A stretch of DNA of 64,000 nucleotides from the NCBI GenBank assembly GCA_002269645.1, contig NIVC01000753.1, forward strand, positions 62,001 through 126,000, given 5' to 3'. The stretch comes from Macrostomum lignano (Eukaryota). The position numbers and the translations under genes are program-made. The notes beneath the pieces were generated by a model. It searched no databases, was not told the DNA's origin, and saw only the letters and a list, made by a program, of their open reading frames with translations. Of the stretch, positions 42,783 to 56,200 are shown piece after piece (position 1 is the first letter of the stretch; each line of letters opens with the position of its first letter).

Positions 42783-45456
42783 GTAAAAATTTTTCTTTAA
42801 TCTGTTTAAGTAACTAATTCTTGCTTGTATTTGTCAAATTCTAATTCAGTTCCATTTTCTGAATCTCACTGTTATCTCACTGTTATCTCACTGTCATCTC
42901 ACTGTTATCTCACTGTTATCTCACTGTCATCTCACTGTCATCTCACTGTTATCTCACTGTCATCTCACTGTCATCCCACTGTTATCTCACTGTCATCTCA
43001 CTGTCATCTCACTGTCATCTCACTGTCATCTCACTGTCATTATCTCACTGTCATGTCACAGTTATCTCACTGTTATCTCACTGTCATCTCATTGTCATCT
43101 CAGTGTTATCTCACTGTCATCTCAGTGTCATCTCAGTGTCATCTCACTGTCATCCCACTGTCATCTCACTGTCATCTCACTGTTATCTCACTGTTATCTC
43201 ACTGTCATCTCACTGTCATCCCACTGTCATCTCACTGTCATCTCACTGTCATCTCACTGTCATTATCTCACTGTTATCTCACTGTTATCTCACTGTCATC
43301 TCACTGTTATCTCACTGTTATCTCACTGTCATCTCACTGTCATCTCACTGTCATCTCACTGTTATCTCACTGTTATCTCACTGTCATCTCACTGTCATCC
43401 CACTGTCATCTCACTGTCATCTCACTGTTATCTCACTGTTATCTCACTGTCATCTCACTGTCATCTCACTGTCATCTCACTGTCATCCCACTGTCATCTC
43501 ACTGTCATCTCACTGTCATCTCACTGTCATTATCTCACTGTTATCTCACTGTTATCTCACTGTCATCTCACTGTTATCTCACTGTTATCTCACTGTCATC
43601 TCACTGTCATCTCACTGTTATCTCACTGTTATCTCACTGTCATCTCACTGTCATCCCACTGTCATCTCACTGTCATCTCACTGTTATCTCACTGTTATCT
43701 CACTGTCATCTCACTGTCATCCCACTGTCATCTCACTGTCATCCCACTGTCATCTCACTGTCATCTCACTGTCATCTCACTGTCATTATCTCACTGTTAT
43801 CTCACTGTTATCTCACTGTCATCTCACTGTTATCTCACTGTTATCTCACTGTCATCTCACTGTCATCTCACTGTTATCTCACTGTTATCTCACTGTCATC
43901 TCACTGTCATCCCACTGTCATCTCACTGTCATCTCACTGTCATCCCACTGTTATCTCACTGTCATCTCACTGTCATCTCACTGTCATCTCACTGTCATCT
44001 CACTGTCATTATCTCACTGTCATGTCACAGTTATCTCACTGTTATCTCACTGTCATCTCATTGTCATCTCAGTGTTATCTCAATGTCATCTCACTGTCAT
44101 CTCACTGTCATCTCACTGTCATCTCACTGTCATCTCACTGTCATCCCACTGTCATCTCACTGTCATCCCACTGTCATCTCACTGTCATCTCACTGTCATC
44201 TCACTGTCATCTCATTGTCATCTCACTGTTATCTCACTGTTATCTCACTGTCATCTCACTGTCATCTCACTGTCATCTCACTGTTATCTCACTGTTATCT
44301 CACTGTCATCATCTCACTGTCATCATCTGACTGTCATCTCACTGTCGTCATCTCACTGTCATCATCTCACTGTCATCTCACTTGTCGTCATCTCACTGTC
44401 ATCATCTCACTGTCATCTCACTGTCGTCATCTCACTGTCATCATCTCACTGTCATCTCACTTGTCGTCATCTCACTGTCATCATCTCACTGTCATCTCAC
44501 TGTCATCATCTGACTGTCATCTCACTGTCATCTCACTTGTCGTCATCTCACTGTCATCATCTCACTGTCATCTCACTGTCATCATCTGACTGTCATCTCA
44601 CTGTCATCATCTCACTGTCATCTCACTTGTCGTCATCTCACTGTCATCATCTGACTGTCATCTCACTGTCATCATCTCACTGTCATCTCAGTTGTCGTCA
44701 TCTCACTGTCATCATCTGACTGTCATCTCACTGTCATCATCTCACTGTCATCTCACTGTCATCATCTCACTGTCATCTCACTGTCATCTCACTGTCATCT
44801 CACTGTCATCTCACCGTTCTCTTGCCTCCCACTTCAACCCTTCAGTTCCCTTATATGCACGGGCCGGTCAGACCAGCTGCTGAGATCCCACCGATCCCCT
44901 ACTCCGCTTCCGCAGCCTCAAGGCGTCTCCGTCGCCGGCGTTGGCGCGCCAACGAAATCCGTTCGCCTCGCCGCGGCCCTCCGCATCCGCCGCCAGAGCC
45001 GCAGGTGGGCGACCGCCGAAAGCGCAGCAGCAGCCCTCGGCCCTGACATTCCGACCTTCGCTCCTGACACCGCTGTGCGCCTCGCTTGAAGTTGACTGCG
45101 GCGCCGCCAGATGGACGACGTCTTCAGTGCACCAAGCGCAGGCGCCGCTGCCGCCACCGCCGCTCCTGTCGCCGACACCGGCGCCTCCCCGCCTCCTGCC
45201 AGCGCCGCTGCCTCCGCCACCGCTGCCACCACCTCCGTTGCTGCTTCACTTCGCAGCGGCCGCGGCAGCAGCTTCTCCGACTTGCTGTCGAGTGTTCGGC
45301 TCCGACAGCGCCGCCGCCTCCTGCGGCGACTTCGCCAAGGTGGCCAGGAAGCGGCCGAAAACGTGGCCGGGACAGCCGGCCAAGCTGGCCAAAGTGGCGT
45401 CAGTTGAAAAGGTCGCGAGTTCGAGTCTAATCGAAATTGATCCAGGAGATGCTTAA
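42727..45456 (+). CDS. Putative two-exon orphan gene, 198-aa Pro/Ala-rich protein of unknown function
   Basis: ATG at 42727 with an upstream in-frame stop; MSQFSVGTYRDSRGRSWL + AG|gtaaaa (42782); acceptor ctccgcttccgcag|C (44916), phase 2 matching; 541-nt open GC-rich frame to TAA 45456; AATAAA at 45488-45493. No recognisable domain. Confidence 0.6.
42865..44813. repeat. 11-bp minisatellite filling the orphan-gene intron
   Basis: TCATCTCACTG / TTATCTCACTG. Confidence 0.96.
44916..45456 (+). CDS. Orphan gene coding exon 2
   Basis: Pyrimidine tract + CAG; poly-Pro, poly-Ala and RKRPK; stop followed by AATAAA. Confidence 0.6.
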
Positions 45457-45487
45457 ACTTGTTTTACAATGTTCTATCTGCGTGAAG

Positions 45488-45493
45488 AATAAA
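45488..45493 (+). promoter_or_regulatory. Candidate polyadenylation signal of the orphan gene
   Basis: AATAAA 32 nt after the stop codon. Confidence 0.45.
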
Positions 45494-45495
45494 CG

Positions 45496-45676
45496 AGGGC
45501 AGAAGTGTGAGGGAGAGAAGGTAGAAGAGTGAGGGAGAGAGGGCAGAAGAGTGAGGGAGAGAGGGCAGAAGAGTGAGGGAGAGAAGGTAGAAGAGTGAGG
45601 GAGAGAGGGCAGAAGAGTGAGTGAGAGGGCAGAAGAGTGAGGGAGAGAGGGCAGAAGAGTGAGGGAGAGAAGGCAG
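45496..45676. repeat. Second copy of the 22-bp minisatellite family
   Basis: AGAGTGAGGGAGAGAGGGCAGA, as at 37537-38694. Confidence 0.92.
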
Positions 45677-46469
45677 ATGAATGAGGTAGAGCTGGAGCTC
45701 GGAGGCTCGAAGGTCGTGAGCTCGAATCTTGTGGTTATTAGTCGTAGTCACGTACCGTAGATGTAGAGGCAGTGTTTTCCTTCTCAAAAATTGTCTTGTG
45801 TATCGATAAAGGGATCAGTGTCTGACTCTTTCTGTACCCAAAACTTGTATATATCCTCTGGCTCGAAATCAACCCTATAGGAAAAAGACTTCTAAGTCTG
45901 AAGTCGCATTTTTTCAATTCTGTATCTTTTGTGTTCAATGTTAGAAATTTGTCAGCCTAATGTGTGCACTAATTAAATAGTTAATTATTGGCCTGAACTT
46001 CTGCGCCAATCTGTAAGAAATTTTTATCAGTTTCTATCAAAAGTACGATGAGAAGATAAAAGCGAGTTTTAATTGCTTTCTGTGCTCAGAGCGCATTAAG
46101 GTGCTATTAGATAATAAAATCAATTAGCAGTGGCCTCAATGGACTCGGAAATTCAACCAGTGCAGATCATAATTATGATTTATGGTCACCTGAACTCCGA
46201 AATCGCTAATGCATTCCCTGGGTCTGTAATAAAACTTTCACAATTCTGCTAATTGATTCTGGCTGAAAGCTTTATTGCGTCGTTTAATTTCAATGGAAAT
46301 AGAGTTTCGATTTTTAAAAAGTAAAATATGCGTTGTACTCTCCTGACACAGAAACAATAGTAGTATGATAAGCTTGTAAAATGTTATAAGAGATTGTTAG
46401 AACATAAAATATGGTATGTGGAGTGGGATTGTGTGGAAGACAAGAGAAGGGCGGGTGCAGGGTAGCAGA

Positions 46470-47110
46470 GTGGGAGAAGTGGGGGACATGGGAGGGAGTA
46501 GAGTGGGAGGACAGGGGAGGGAGTAGAGTGGGGGGAGAGGGGAGTAGAGTGGGGGACAGACGAGAGTAGAGTGGGGGACAGACGGGAGTAGAGTGGGGGG
46601 AGAGGGGAGTAGAGTGGAGGGACACGGGAGTAGAGTGGGGGACAGGGGAGTAGAGTGGGGGACAGGGGAGTAGAGTGGGGGACAGACGAGAGTAGAGTGG
46701 GGGACAGACGAGAGTAGAGTGGGGGACAGGGAGTAGAGTGGGGGAGAGGGGAGTAGAGTGGGGGACAGACGAGAGTAGAGTGGGGGACAGGGGAGTAGAG
46801 TGGGGGAGAGGGGAGTAGAGTGGGAGGACAGTGGAGGGAGTAGAGCGGGAGGACAGGGGAGGGAGTAGAGCGGGAGGACAGGGGAGGGAGTAGAGTGGGG
46901 GGAGAGGGGAGTAGAGTGGAGGGACACGGGAGTAGAGTGGGGGACAGGGGAGTAGAGTGGGGGACAGACGAGAGTAGAGTGGGGGACAGATGGGAGTAGA
47001 GTGGGGGACAGGGGAGTAGAGTGGGGGAGAGGGGAGTAGAGTGGGGGACAGACGGGAGTAGAGTGGGGGACACGGGATTAGAGTGGGGGACAGGGGAGTA
47101 GAGTGGGGAA
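46470..47110. repeat. About 20-bp G-rich minisatellite
   Basis: GAGTAGAGTGGGGGACAGGG variants; G4-prone. Confidence 0.92.
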
Positions 47111-47789
47111 GAGTGAAGAATATAGGCGAGTAGACAAAGAGAGGTCTGGGAGAGGAGACAAGAACAATCGGATGGAACATATCGGTGGAGTTCAGAACAG
47201 CCCCCAGCTCAAGTGGCCCGCATTCTTACTGCACAAGCACCCCAGCCCCATCCTCTCAGCTTCACTCTCCATCAGTAGGACGGAGGGCCCGCTTGGTTCG
47301 CAGACTTGAGAACTTCCGGCAAGATATTCTTCCAGTTCTTGCAACAATGCTAAAGAAGGCCGGGATTTAGACAGCAACCCCGTTGGAGCAAATGGCCCAC
47401 TTGGGAGCAGTGAGACGGGAGAGATCGGGGGGACTCCAAGCTAATCAGAGCGCAAAGCTGGGGCGATGGAGCCAAAGCCCCTGAATGAGGCAAGAGAGGG
47501 AAAATCCTCCACATCCTTCGATAAGTAACTGGGAGATGAGCAGAGCGAGTTGAATCAAGTGATGAAGGCCAATGCTAGGAGAGAATTGGTAGACGCGACT
47601 CAATCTCCGCTTGTGCTGTCCACTAGCAGCCTGCTCGTCTGCCCAGAATGAATAGTCTGAGAACTTTTTCTGGGCCAACGAGCATCGAAATAGAGCAGGA
47701 ATTTGCTGCATTATACAGACTTTGTTTATAGACTTTGTTAGCACTTGTGGCGTTTATTCTGGACAAGCAGCTCGCACCTCACTGCACCC

Positions 47790-48270
47790 ATCGCTCCAGC
47801 CCCTCTCCGCCCGCCACCTCCCTCCCTGTCTAGGGCCAACGCTCCACTGCACCAACGACCCCAACACCCTCTCCACCCTCTAACACACTCCCTGTTTATG
47901 GCTAACACCACACTGCGCCCACCACTCCAACCCCTCTCTGCCCGCCACCTCACTCCCTGTCTAGGGCCAACATGTCACTGCCCCACCACCAAACCCCCTC
48001 TCCGCCCGCCACCTCACTCCCTGTCTAGGGCCAACGCTCCACTGCCCCACCACCCCAACCCCTCTCTGCCCGCCACCTCACTCCCTGTCTAGGGCCAACA
48101 TGTCACTGCCCCACCACCCAAACCCCCTCTCCGCCCGCCACCTCACTCCCTGTCTAGGGCCAACGCTCCACTGCCCCACCACCCCAACCTCTCTCTGCCC
48201 GCCACCTCACTCCCTGTCTAGGGCCAACATGTCACTGCCCCACCACCAAAACCCCTCTCTGCCCGCCACC
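47790..48270. repeat. About 64-bp minisatellite with alternating A/B units
   Basis: CCCGCCACCTCACTCCCTGTCTAGGGCCAAC[ATGTCAC|GCTCCAC]TGCCCCACC. Confidence 0.88.
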
Positions 48271-48649
48271 TACACGTACTTCAACGTGTATATTTTCAAC
48301 GTCTTATATTTCTATCATATTTTTAGTTAATAAACGACTGTTGCATCCTTATTTTGTTTATTTGATCGATGTATTCTATTATTGACTGGTCAGAAAAGAT
48401 ATTCATCAAAGACAAAAAAGTAAACGACATAGACAAAGGTAATCCTAGTTAAGCATCCACATTGCCAAAACAAGCAGATATAAAATTGCTTGACTTCTCG
48501 CACTTTAAATAAAAGAATGTGGCCAAGTGTACAAATGACAGTGTGCTCAAGAAAATTAAGAAAAACAGAGAAGCTTCTAGTTAAAAATGCTGCCTTTTTC
48601 AGGCAGAGCTGAGGATCTCTACAATTGCATTTGTGACGATGTGATATGA

Positions 48650-49278
48650 TTAAACGTGACTGGGTGCATCTGGCGATCCTGTTGATTGAAGAGGTGGCAG
48701 TGGATGTGGTGTCGGGTGCTCCTCCCACACATTATACAGCACAGTGGCCGGCTGAGTCCCGGACACGGGCTGGTAGACGTACTTGCTGTACTGGCTGAAC
48801 CTCACCGTCGGCGGCGGAGGCGGCGTCGGCAGCGGCAGCGGCGGCAGCGGCACCATCGGTGGCAGCGGCGGCTCCGACCTCAACGATGACTCGGAGGGGC
48901 ACCCGCCGCTGCTGGCGCATCGCTCAAGCACCAACGACTGAGTCGAAGAGGCGCGGACGTCGCGCCTGCGCCTGCCACCGCCGGGCTGTCGGTGCTGAAG
49001 ATGCCGTCGATTGATGGCTGTCTGCATCGGAGTCTGGCACTGCTGCTGCTGCTGCAGACGCCTCGGCAGCAGGTAGGCGTTCGCGCCTGCGTCTGTTGGG
49101 GGCGTTAATTGGCTCCGTCTAGCCGGGTCGCCATTGGCAACCGCAACTCCTGCCGCAGGCGGCCGCTGTCTCTGCAAGATGCGCCGCCTGCGAGACAGGG
49201 CAAGCACCGCGACCAGGCCGATGAGCAGAATGGTTGCTAGGCAACCACAGGCGGACACCAACAGCAAATCCACTTGAC
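48650..49278 (-). CDS. EVA-1-like terminal exon (TM and cytoplasmic tail)
   Basis: ccgtccag|GT; 24-residue hydrophobic TM, RRRR stop-transfer, Pro-rich tail, TAA at 48652-48650. Confidence 0.85.
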
Positions 49279-50138
49279 CTGGACGGTGATAGATTATCAA
49301 TAGGGATCTGATTAAGGGAGAGAATCTGTCTGAATATAATCCTTGTCCATATGATCCATTTATCCAATCCTTATGAATATGGATATAGTTATAGATATAG
49401 ATATGGATACGGATACGGATATGGATATGAATATGGGTATGGATATGGATATGGATACGGATATGGATATGGATACGGATATGGATATGGATATGGATAC
49501 GGATATGGATATGGATACGGATATGGATATGGATATGGATATGGATATGAATTATGGATATAGATATGGATATAGATATAGATATGGATATGGATATAGA
49601 TATAGATATGGATATAGATATGGACATGGATATGGATATGGATATAGATATGGACATGGATATGGACATGGATATGGATATGGATATGGATATGGATATG
49701 GATATGGATATAGATATGGATATAGATATGGATATGGATATGGATATAGATATGGATATAGATATGGATATGGATATGGATATGGATATGGATATGGATA
49801 TGGATATGGACATGGATATGGATATGGATATGGATATGGATATGGATATGGATATAGATATGGATATAGATATGGATATGGATATGGATATAGATATGGA
49901 TATAGATATGGATATGGATACAGACACAGTGGCTCACCATCTTGACCGTTGTCAGTCACCCCGGGCGTCAGCTTCGGCTTGGCAACTGTCCCAACCTTGT
50001 GCCCCATCGCCATATTGCCATCTGTGGTTGGAGTTGGGATTTCAGATTCTTTCAAAGTGAACCGGCATTTCTGTTTTATGGTCCCTCAATTTGCTTTGGC
50101 CTCGGGCTTGAAAGGGCACCAGCCTCGCGCATTAATTA

Positions 50139-50213
<75 letters not shown>

Positions 50214-53200
50214 CCTTCGGCACAGCGTCAGGTGTTGCCTGCCTTCTTTGACACTTTTGCCGCTAAAAACAGTTCTTAATGTTCTTTAATGGCCGCTGTC
50301 AAAAGAAGGAATAGTTTTTCTGTTCACTTTGGCTTTGGTTCTGCACTGCAGCTAGCGATAATCCAGGCTGTAAGAGGGCGATAATCCAGGCTGTAAGAGG
50401 GCGATAATCCAGGCTGTAAGAGGGCGATAATCCAGGCTGTAAGAGGGCGATAATCCAGGCTGTAAGAGGGCAATAATCCAGGCTGTAAGAGAGCGATAAT
50501 CCAGGCTGTAAGAGGGCGATAATCCAGGCTGTAAAAAGATGATAATCCAGGCTGTAATATGAGCTAAGATGATAATCCAGGCTGTAATAAGATGATAATC
50601 CAGGCTGTAATATGAGCTAAGATGATAATCCAGGCTGTAAAAAGATGATAATCCAGGCTGTAATAAGATGATAATCCAGGCTGTAATAAGATGATAATCC
50701 AGGCTGTAATATGAGCTAAGGTGATAATCCAGGCTGTAATAAGATGATAATCCAGGCTGTAATAAGATGATAACCCAGGCTGTAAGGAGTCGTTAATTCG
50801 TCTTCGTCTTTTTCGTCTGTTTGTTTTCCACATTTCCAAGCGCCTCAATTTGCATCAACGATTCTCACCTGCGGCAGGTCTGTCCTGATCGTTCACAACG
50901 CGATTCTTATTTCGATTTTGCTGCAATTTCTGCTTCTGCTGCTGTTGCCGCTGGGCTCTGAGATTGGCATCGGCCTCCGTGCCCTCAATGTCTGGCAGAG
51001 CCCCATCATGCTGCTGACTGCTGGGCACTGGGATGGGTAATGCATTGCTGCTTATAAAGGCCATTCTGATTTTGGATATTGCCAAATACTTAGAAACGAC
51101 TCTCTGATTGGCTGTCAAACTTATTCATGTAGCTAATCTCTGATTGGCTGGCTCAGTTTCTCATTGTACAGCCACCCTGCCCCCCCTACTGTAGCTAATC
51201 TCTGATTGGCTAGCTCAGTTTCTCATTGTACAGCCACCCTGCCCCTCCTACTATAGCTAATCTCTGATTGGCTGGCTCAGTGTCTCATTGTACAGTCACC
51301 TGCCCGCCTCCTACTGTAGCTAATCTCTGATTGGCTAGTTCAGTGTCTCATTTTACAGCCACCCTGCCCCTCCTGCTGCAGCTAATCTCTGATTGGCTGA
51401 CTCAGTGTCTCATTTTACAGCCACCCTGCCCCTCCTGCTGCAGCTAATCTCTGATTGGCTGATAACTCACCACAAGAGTACACCAGCAGTAGGTTAGCGT
51501 GCGCGCAGCCCCTGTCAGGAGGAAACGTGGCCTTCACAGAGCAGCTGTGGTGGTTGCGGCGGCACATACTATTAAACGGGTTGGTCATGTCTCGGTCGGG
51601 ACAGACGGCGTACCCTGAGTCAACTTTGACCGTGTCCGGGCAGCTCAAGTTGCCCAGGATGTACTTGTTGGTCAGTCGAGCGTGAAGGATGGTCAGCGAC
51701 TGGGTCTCTTCGCAGGACAAGTGTCGGTAGCTGCCCGAGCACAGGAGCACCGTGTGCACCGCTGCAGTGCACCAGTGGCAGAAAATTTGTTGAATTTCAG
51801 ATGATTTGTGAGCTACAGTGGTCTTCACGGTAAAGCTCGCAAACACGTTTAAAATGGATTGCAATATTCATCCTTATTTATGCTCGCCCAGCACTCACCT
51901 GGCAGGCAGGTGAACCGCACAGTCAGCTGCGTCAGCTGGCCCGGGCAGGCGGCTCGAGCGCCCGGCAGCTCGGGGCCCACGATGCGACAACTGCGACGAC
52001 CGCCGCATCGAGTGGCGATCAGCTGCGAGTTGTTTGGTGAGGGTTGGAGTTGGCTGGAGTTGACTGGAGTTGGCTGGAGTTGGCTGGAGTTGGCTGGAGT
52101 GGGTTGGAGTTTGTTGGAGTTTGTTGGAGTTGGCTGGAGTTGGCTGGAGTTGGCTGGAGTTTGCTGGAGTTGGCTGCAGTTGGCTGCAGTTGGCTGGAGT
52201 TGGCTGGAGTGGGTTGGAGTTGGTTGGAGTTGGCTGCAGTTGGCTGGAGTTTGCTGGAGTTGGCTGCAGTTGGCTGCAGTTGGCTGGAGTTGGCTGGAGT
52301 GGGTTGGAGTTGGTTGGAATTGGCTGGAGTTGGCTGCAGTTGGCTGGAGTTTGCTGGAGTTGGCTGCAGTTGGCTGCAGTTGGCTGGAGTTGGCTGGAGT
52401 GGGTTGGAGTTGGTTGGAGTTGGCTGCAGTTGGCTGGAGTTTGCTGGAGTTGGCTGCAGTTGGCTGCAGTTGACTGGAGTTGGCTGGAGTGGGTTGGAGT
52501 TGGTTGGAATTGGCTGGAGTTGGCTGCAGTTGGCTGGAGTTTGCTGGAGTTGGCTGCAGTTGGCTGCAGTTGACTGGAGTTGGCTGGAGTTGGCTGGAGT
52601 TGGCTGGAGTTGGCTGCAGTTGGCTGCAGTTGGCTGGAGTTGGCTGGAGTTTTCTGGAGTTGGCTGGAGTTGGCTGGAGTTGGCTGCAGTTGGCTGCAGT
52701 TGGCTGCAGTTGGCTGCAGTTGGCTGCAGTTGGCTGGAGTTGATTGGAGTTGGCTTGAGTTGGCTGGAGTTGGCTGGCTGGTTTCTATTTGACTGGAGCA
52801 ATGAGCCGCCAGTCCCCACGCCGCACGGGTGCAGTATTATTATCAAGGCACCAAAACAGCGGAACCGCAGCTAACAAGCCGGGCTCTGTTTATTCAGAGC
52901 GCAACCGCTGCAATCTGAAGAATGTCTTGTGCAGACAGCTCGCAGGAGCTCTGCACGGCGCAAAATTCGCGTTCAGTTCAGTTCAATTCAATCCAAGAAT
53001 GGAGCCGCCAGAGGCGATAGAAGCGGCTCTGTTGACCTTCTTCTACTTCTGTGGCGGCTTTCTTCTAGAAGAGTTCTTGCCCCGCCTCCCAGTGTTTGTT
53101 TAACTGATTCCTTCGCCCGGGCTTCATCACGCAGAAATGTAGCCGCAGCTTCTTGAGGGGGGTGGCGGTGGCTCTGCTGCGGCAGAAGCAGCAATTGTCA

Positions 53201-56200
53201 ATTTGCTTTCTGTCACTTGTTTACCACCGGAGCTGGGAGGAGGCGGCAGCACGGCAAGGTTTTCAGCTGTTTTAACTTTATTTCCTGCCAGGATTGCAGC
53301 GCTAGGGAAGGCGGGCAGAAATCTTTTTTAGGGTGTGACGGTGGCGGCTGGACAGGATATAATCCCGTTTGAAGCGGGACGGGTTTCTGACCCGTTGGTC
53401 TGTGCGGGTGACACATCTTGTCTGTTATTTACTAGGGCGCAGGAACTGTGCTGGCAGTGACCGCAGGGGCCCGCATGAACTGCTTTGCCGCTGGTGGCTT
53501 TTCCTCCTGACTCCCTGACTATGCTGACTCTCTCCCCTGCTGACTCTCTCCCCTGCTGACTCTCTCCCCTGCTGACTCTCTCCCCTGCTGACTCTCTCCC
53601 CTGCTGACTCTCTCCCCTGCTGACTCTCTCCCCTGCTGACTCTCTCCCCTGCTGACTCTCTTCCGTGCTGACTCTCTCCCCTGCTGACTCTCTTCCGTGC
53701 TGACTCTCTCCCCTGCTGACTCTCTCCCCTGCTGATTCTCTCCCCTGCTGACTCTCTCCCCTGCTGACTCTCTCCCCTGCTGATTCTCTCCCCTGCTGAC
53801 TCTCTCCCCTGCTGACTCTCTTCCGTGCTGACTCTCTCCCCTGCTGACTCTCTTCCGTGCTGACTCTCTCCCCTGCTGACTCTCTCCCCTGCTGACTCTC
53901 TCCCCTGCTGACTCTCTCCCCTGCTGACTCTCTCCCCTGCTGACTCTCTCCCCTGCTGACTCTCTCAAACTAATCTTAGATCCCCAAATGAGCATTAGCT
54001 CTCTCGTTCTCAAGCAGTTCCCCAGATAAGTGGGACTCAATTCATGCCATACCTACACATGCCCCGGTCCTGCCCCAAAGCCGCTCACTAATTCCCCTCC
54101 CCGTATCTTCACTTTTCTAAAAGGCCTTCACTCGAATGCAGTGCAGAGCAGTGCAGGGTAGCGCTAGTGAAATTCAGCTAAAAATAATGATTGGACTGTT
54201 AGAGTGGACTACAGGCTGTACTAAAATGCCGTAAATGCATTGAGACACTTTTTAAGGCGTTGTTACTCCGTGTTCAGCAATTCAGGAGTGACCGAGCAGA
54301 CTGGAGTGCAGCAGCTGCTGAGACACTTAACCAACTCAGCTCCTCGGTCTTACCTATGCTATGCTTTCTTACTGTGCAGTGTATATAATAGTTTAAATTG
54401 ATTCGATCTCTCAGTGCGTGTACGGCATGTACACAGTTTAGTGTACATGTATGAGCCAGCGCTGCAATCTGCACTCATAAACATTCAGCAATGTTGATAA
54501 ATGCGTATATATGCTGTACTGTTATTGCCCGAATTTACGGGTGTTATTAGAATAAGGCATTTATAGGGGATTATTCCTGCAGAGGATTATTCCTTTAGGG
54601 GATTATTCCTGTAGGGGATTATTCCTGTAGGGGATTATTCCTGTAGGGGATTATTCCTGTAGGGGATTATTCCTGTAGGGGATTATTCCTGTAGGGGATT
54701 ATTCCTGTAGGGGATTATTCCTGTAGGGGATTATTCCTGTAGGGGATTTTTCATGTAGGAGATTTTTCATATAGGGGATTATTCCTGTAGGGGATTATTC
54801 ATGTAGGGGATTTTTCATATAGGGGATTATTCCTGTAGGGGATTATTCATGTAGGGGATTATTCATGTAGGGGATTATTCATATAGGGGATTATTCTTGT
54901 AGGGGATTTTTCATGTAGGAGATTTTTCATGTAGGAGATTTTTCATGTAGGAGATTTTTCATATAGGGGATTATTCCTGTAGGGGATTATTCCTGTAGGG
55001 GATTATTCCTGTAGGGGATTATTCATGTAGGGGATTATTCCTGTAGGTGAGTTGCAATGTCCGGCTCACCCTGGGATAATCTTGGTGGAGATAATTAGTG
55101 CTAATGCCAGGACTATCCGTCCCTAGCACAGCCGTTCATCTTCGATCTTATCTCCTCGGCAACCATTACCTACTGACTCTTTTAGCTCTCCATCTGCACT
55201 CCCGCAATCTAACAGATGGTAGCTCGCGTGAGGTGGAATTTTTTTTGCTCAATATTCGCTCTTTTTTTTAAACAACAGAGAGAAAATCGATGCAGTCTGA
55301 GCCACCACCCCCACTCAGCTCCACGGCTTCACACGTGGTTTCTACAAAGCAATTTTGCTGTGCCTTGCGACCGGGCTGGTCTCTTGGCTTAATCGAATTT
55401 TGTCGAGTGCCCTGCCTAATGGGGGGTTTGAGCTGGGTCTCTGGGTGCCACTTGCGCTGGCCTGGAGCAGCAGAGTGAACTGGTGAGGGTTAACAGATTG
55501 AACAGGTGTGAGTGTGAACAGAGTGAACAGGTGTGAGTGTGAACAGAGTGAGCAGGTGAGTGTGAACAGAGTGAACAGATGAGTGTGAACAGAGTGAACA
55601 GGTGTGAGTGTGAACAGAGTGAACAGGTGAGTGTGAACAGAGTGAACAGGTGAGTGTGAACAGAGTGAACAGGTGAGCGTGAACAGAGTGAACAGGTGGA
55701 CGTGAACATAGTGAACAGGTGAGCGTGAACAGAGTGAACAGGTGAGCGTGAACAGAGTGAACAGGTGGACGTGAACATAGTGAACAGGTGAGCGTGAACA
55801 AAGTAATCAGGTGAGCGTGAAGCACTGCTCAGAATCGTTCGAGTGACAAGCCAGCTGTCGGAAATCGAATTTCACACCTGCGCAGCGTCCGGCAAGTCGC
55901 AGGTGGCGCCGCGGCGCCCGCCGCCGCCAAACCGGTTGCAGAGGCTGCTGGGATCGCCAGACTGCCCGAACTCGGCGCCGAGAATCTTCAGCAGGGCGCC
56001 CGGCGGGCAGCTCAGGGTGGCCGGGTCGTCCGAGCAGGCCAGGGCTGTCCGGCTGCCCTGTCGGCTGCTGATTAGATCTGCAAAGGTCATTTAAGTTCAC
56101 GGACAGCCTGTACGCTCATGTTTGTGCAACATAACTTCATTGTCCTCTGTCCCTCACCGCTCATCCGCTATCCATATAGCTATCAAAGAGGCGCTTTACT

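Noticed and set aside
42825-44883. His/Cys-rich ORFs (SHCHLTVI) suggesting metal-binding proteins
   Set aside because: 11-bp array; no splice or codon evidence.
49279-49927. Upstream half of ORF 48650-49927 (SISISI/HIHIH) and GY/DM dipeptide ORFs
   Set aside because: Hexamer microsatellite in the last intron; only 49278-48650 is exon.
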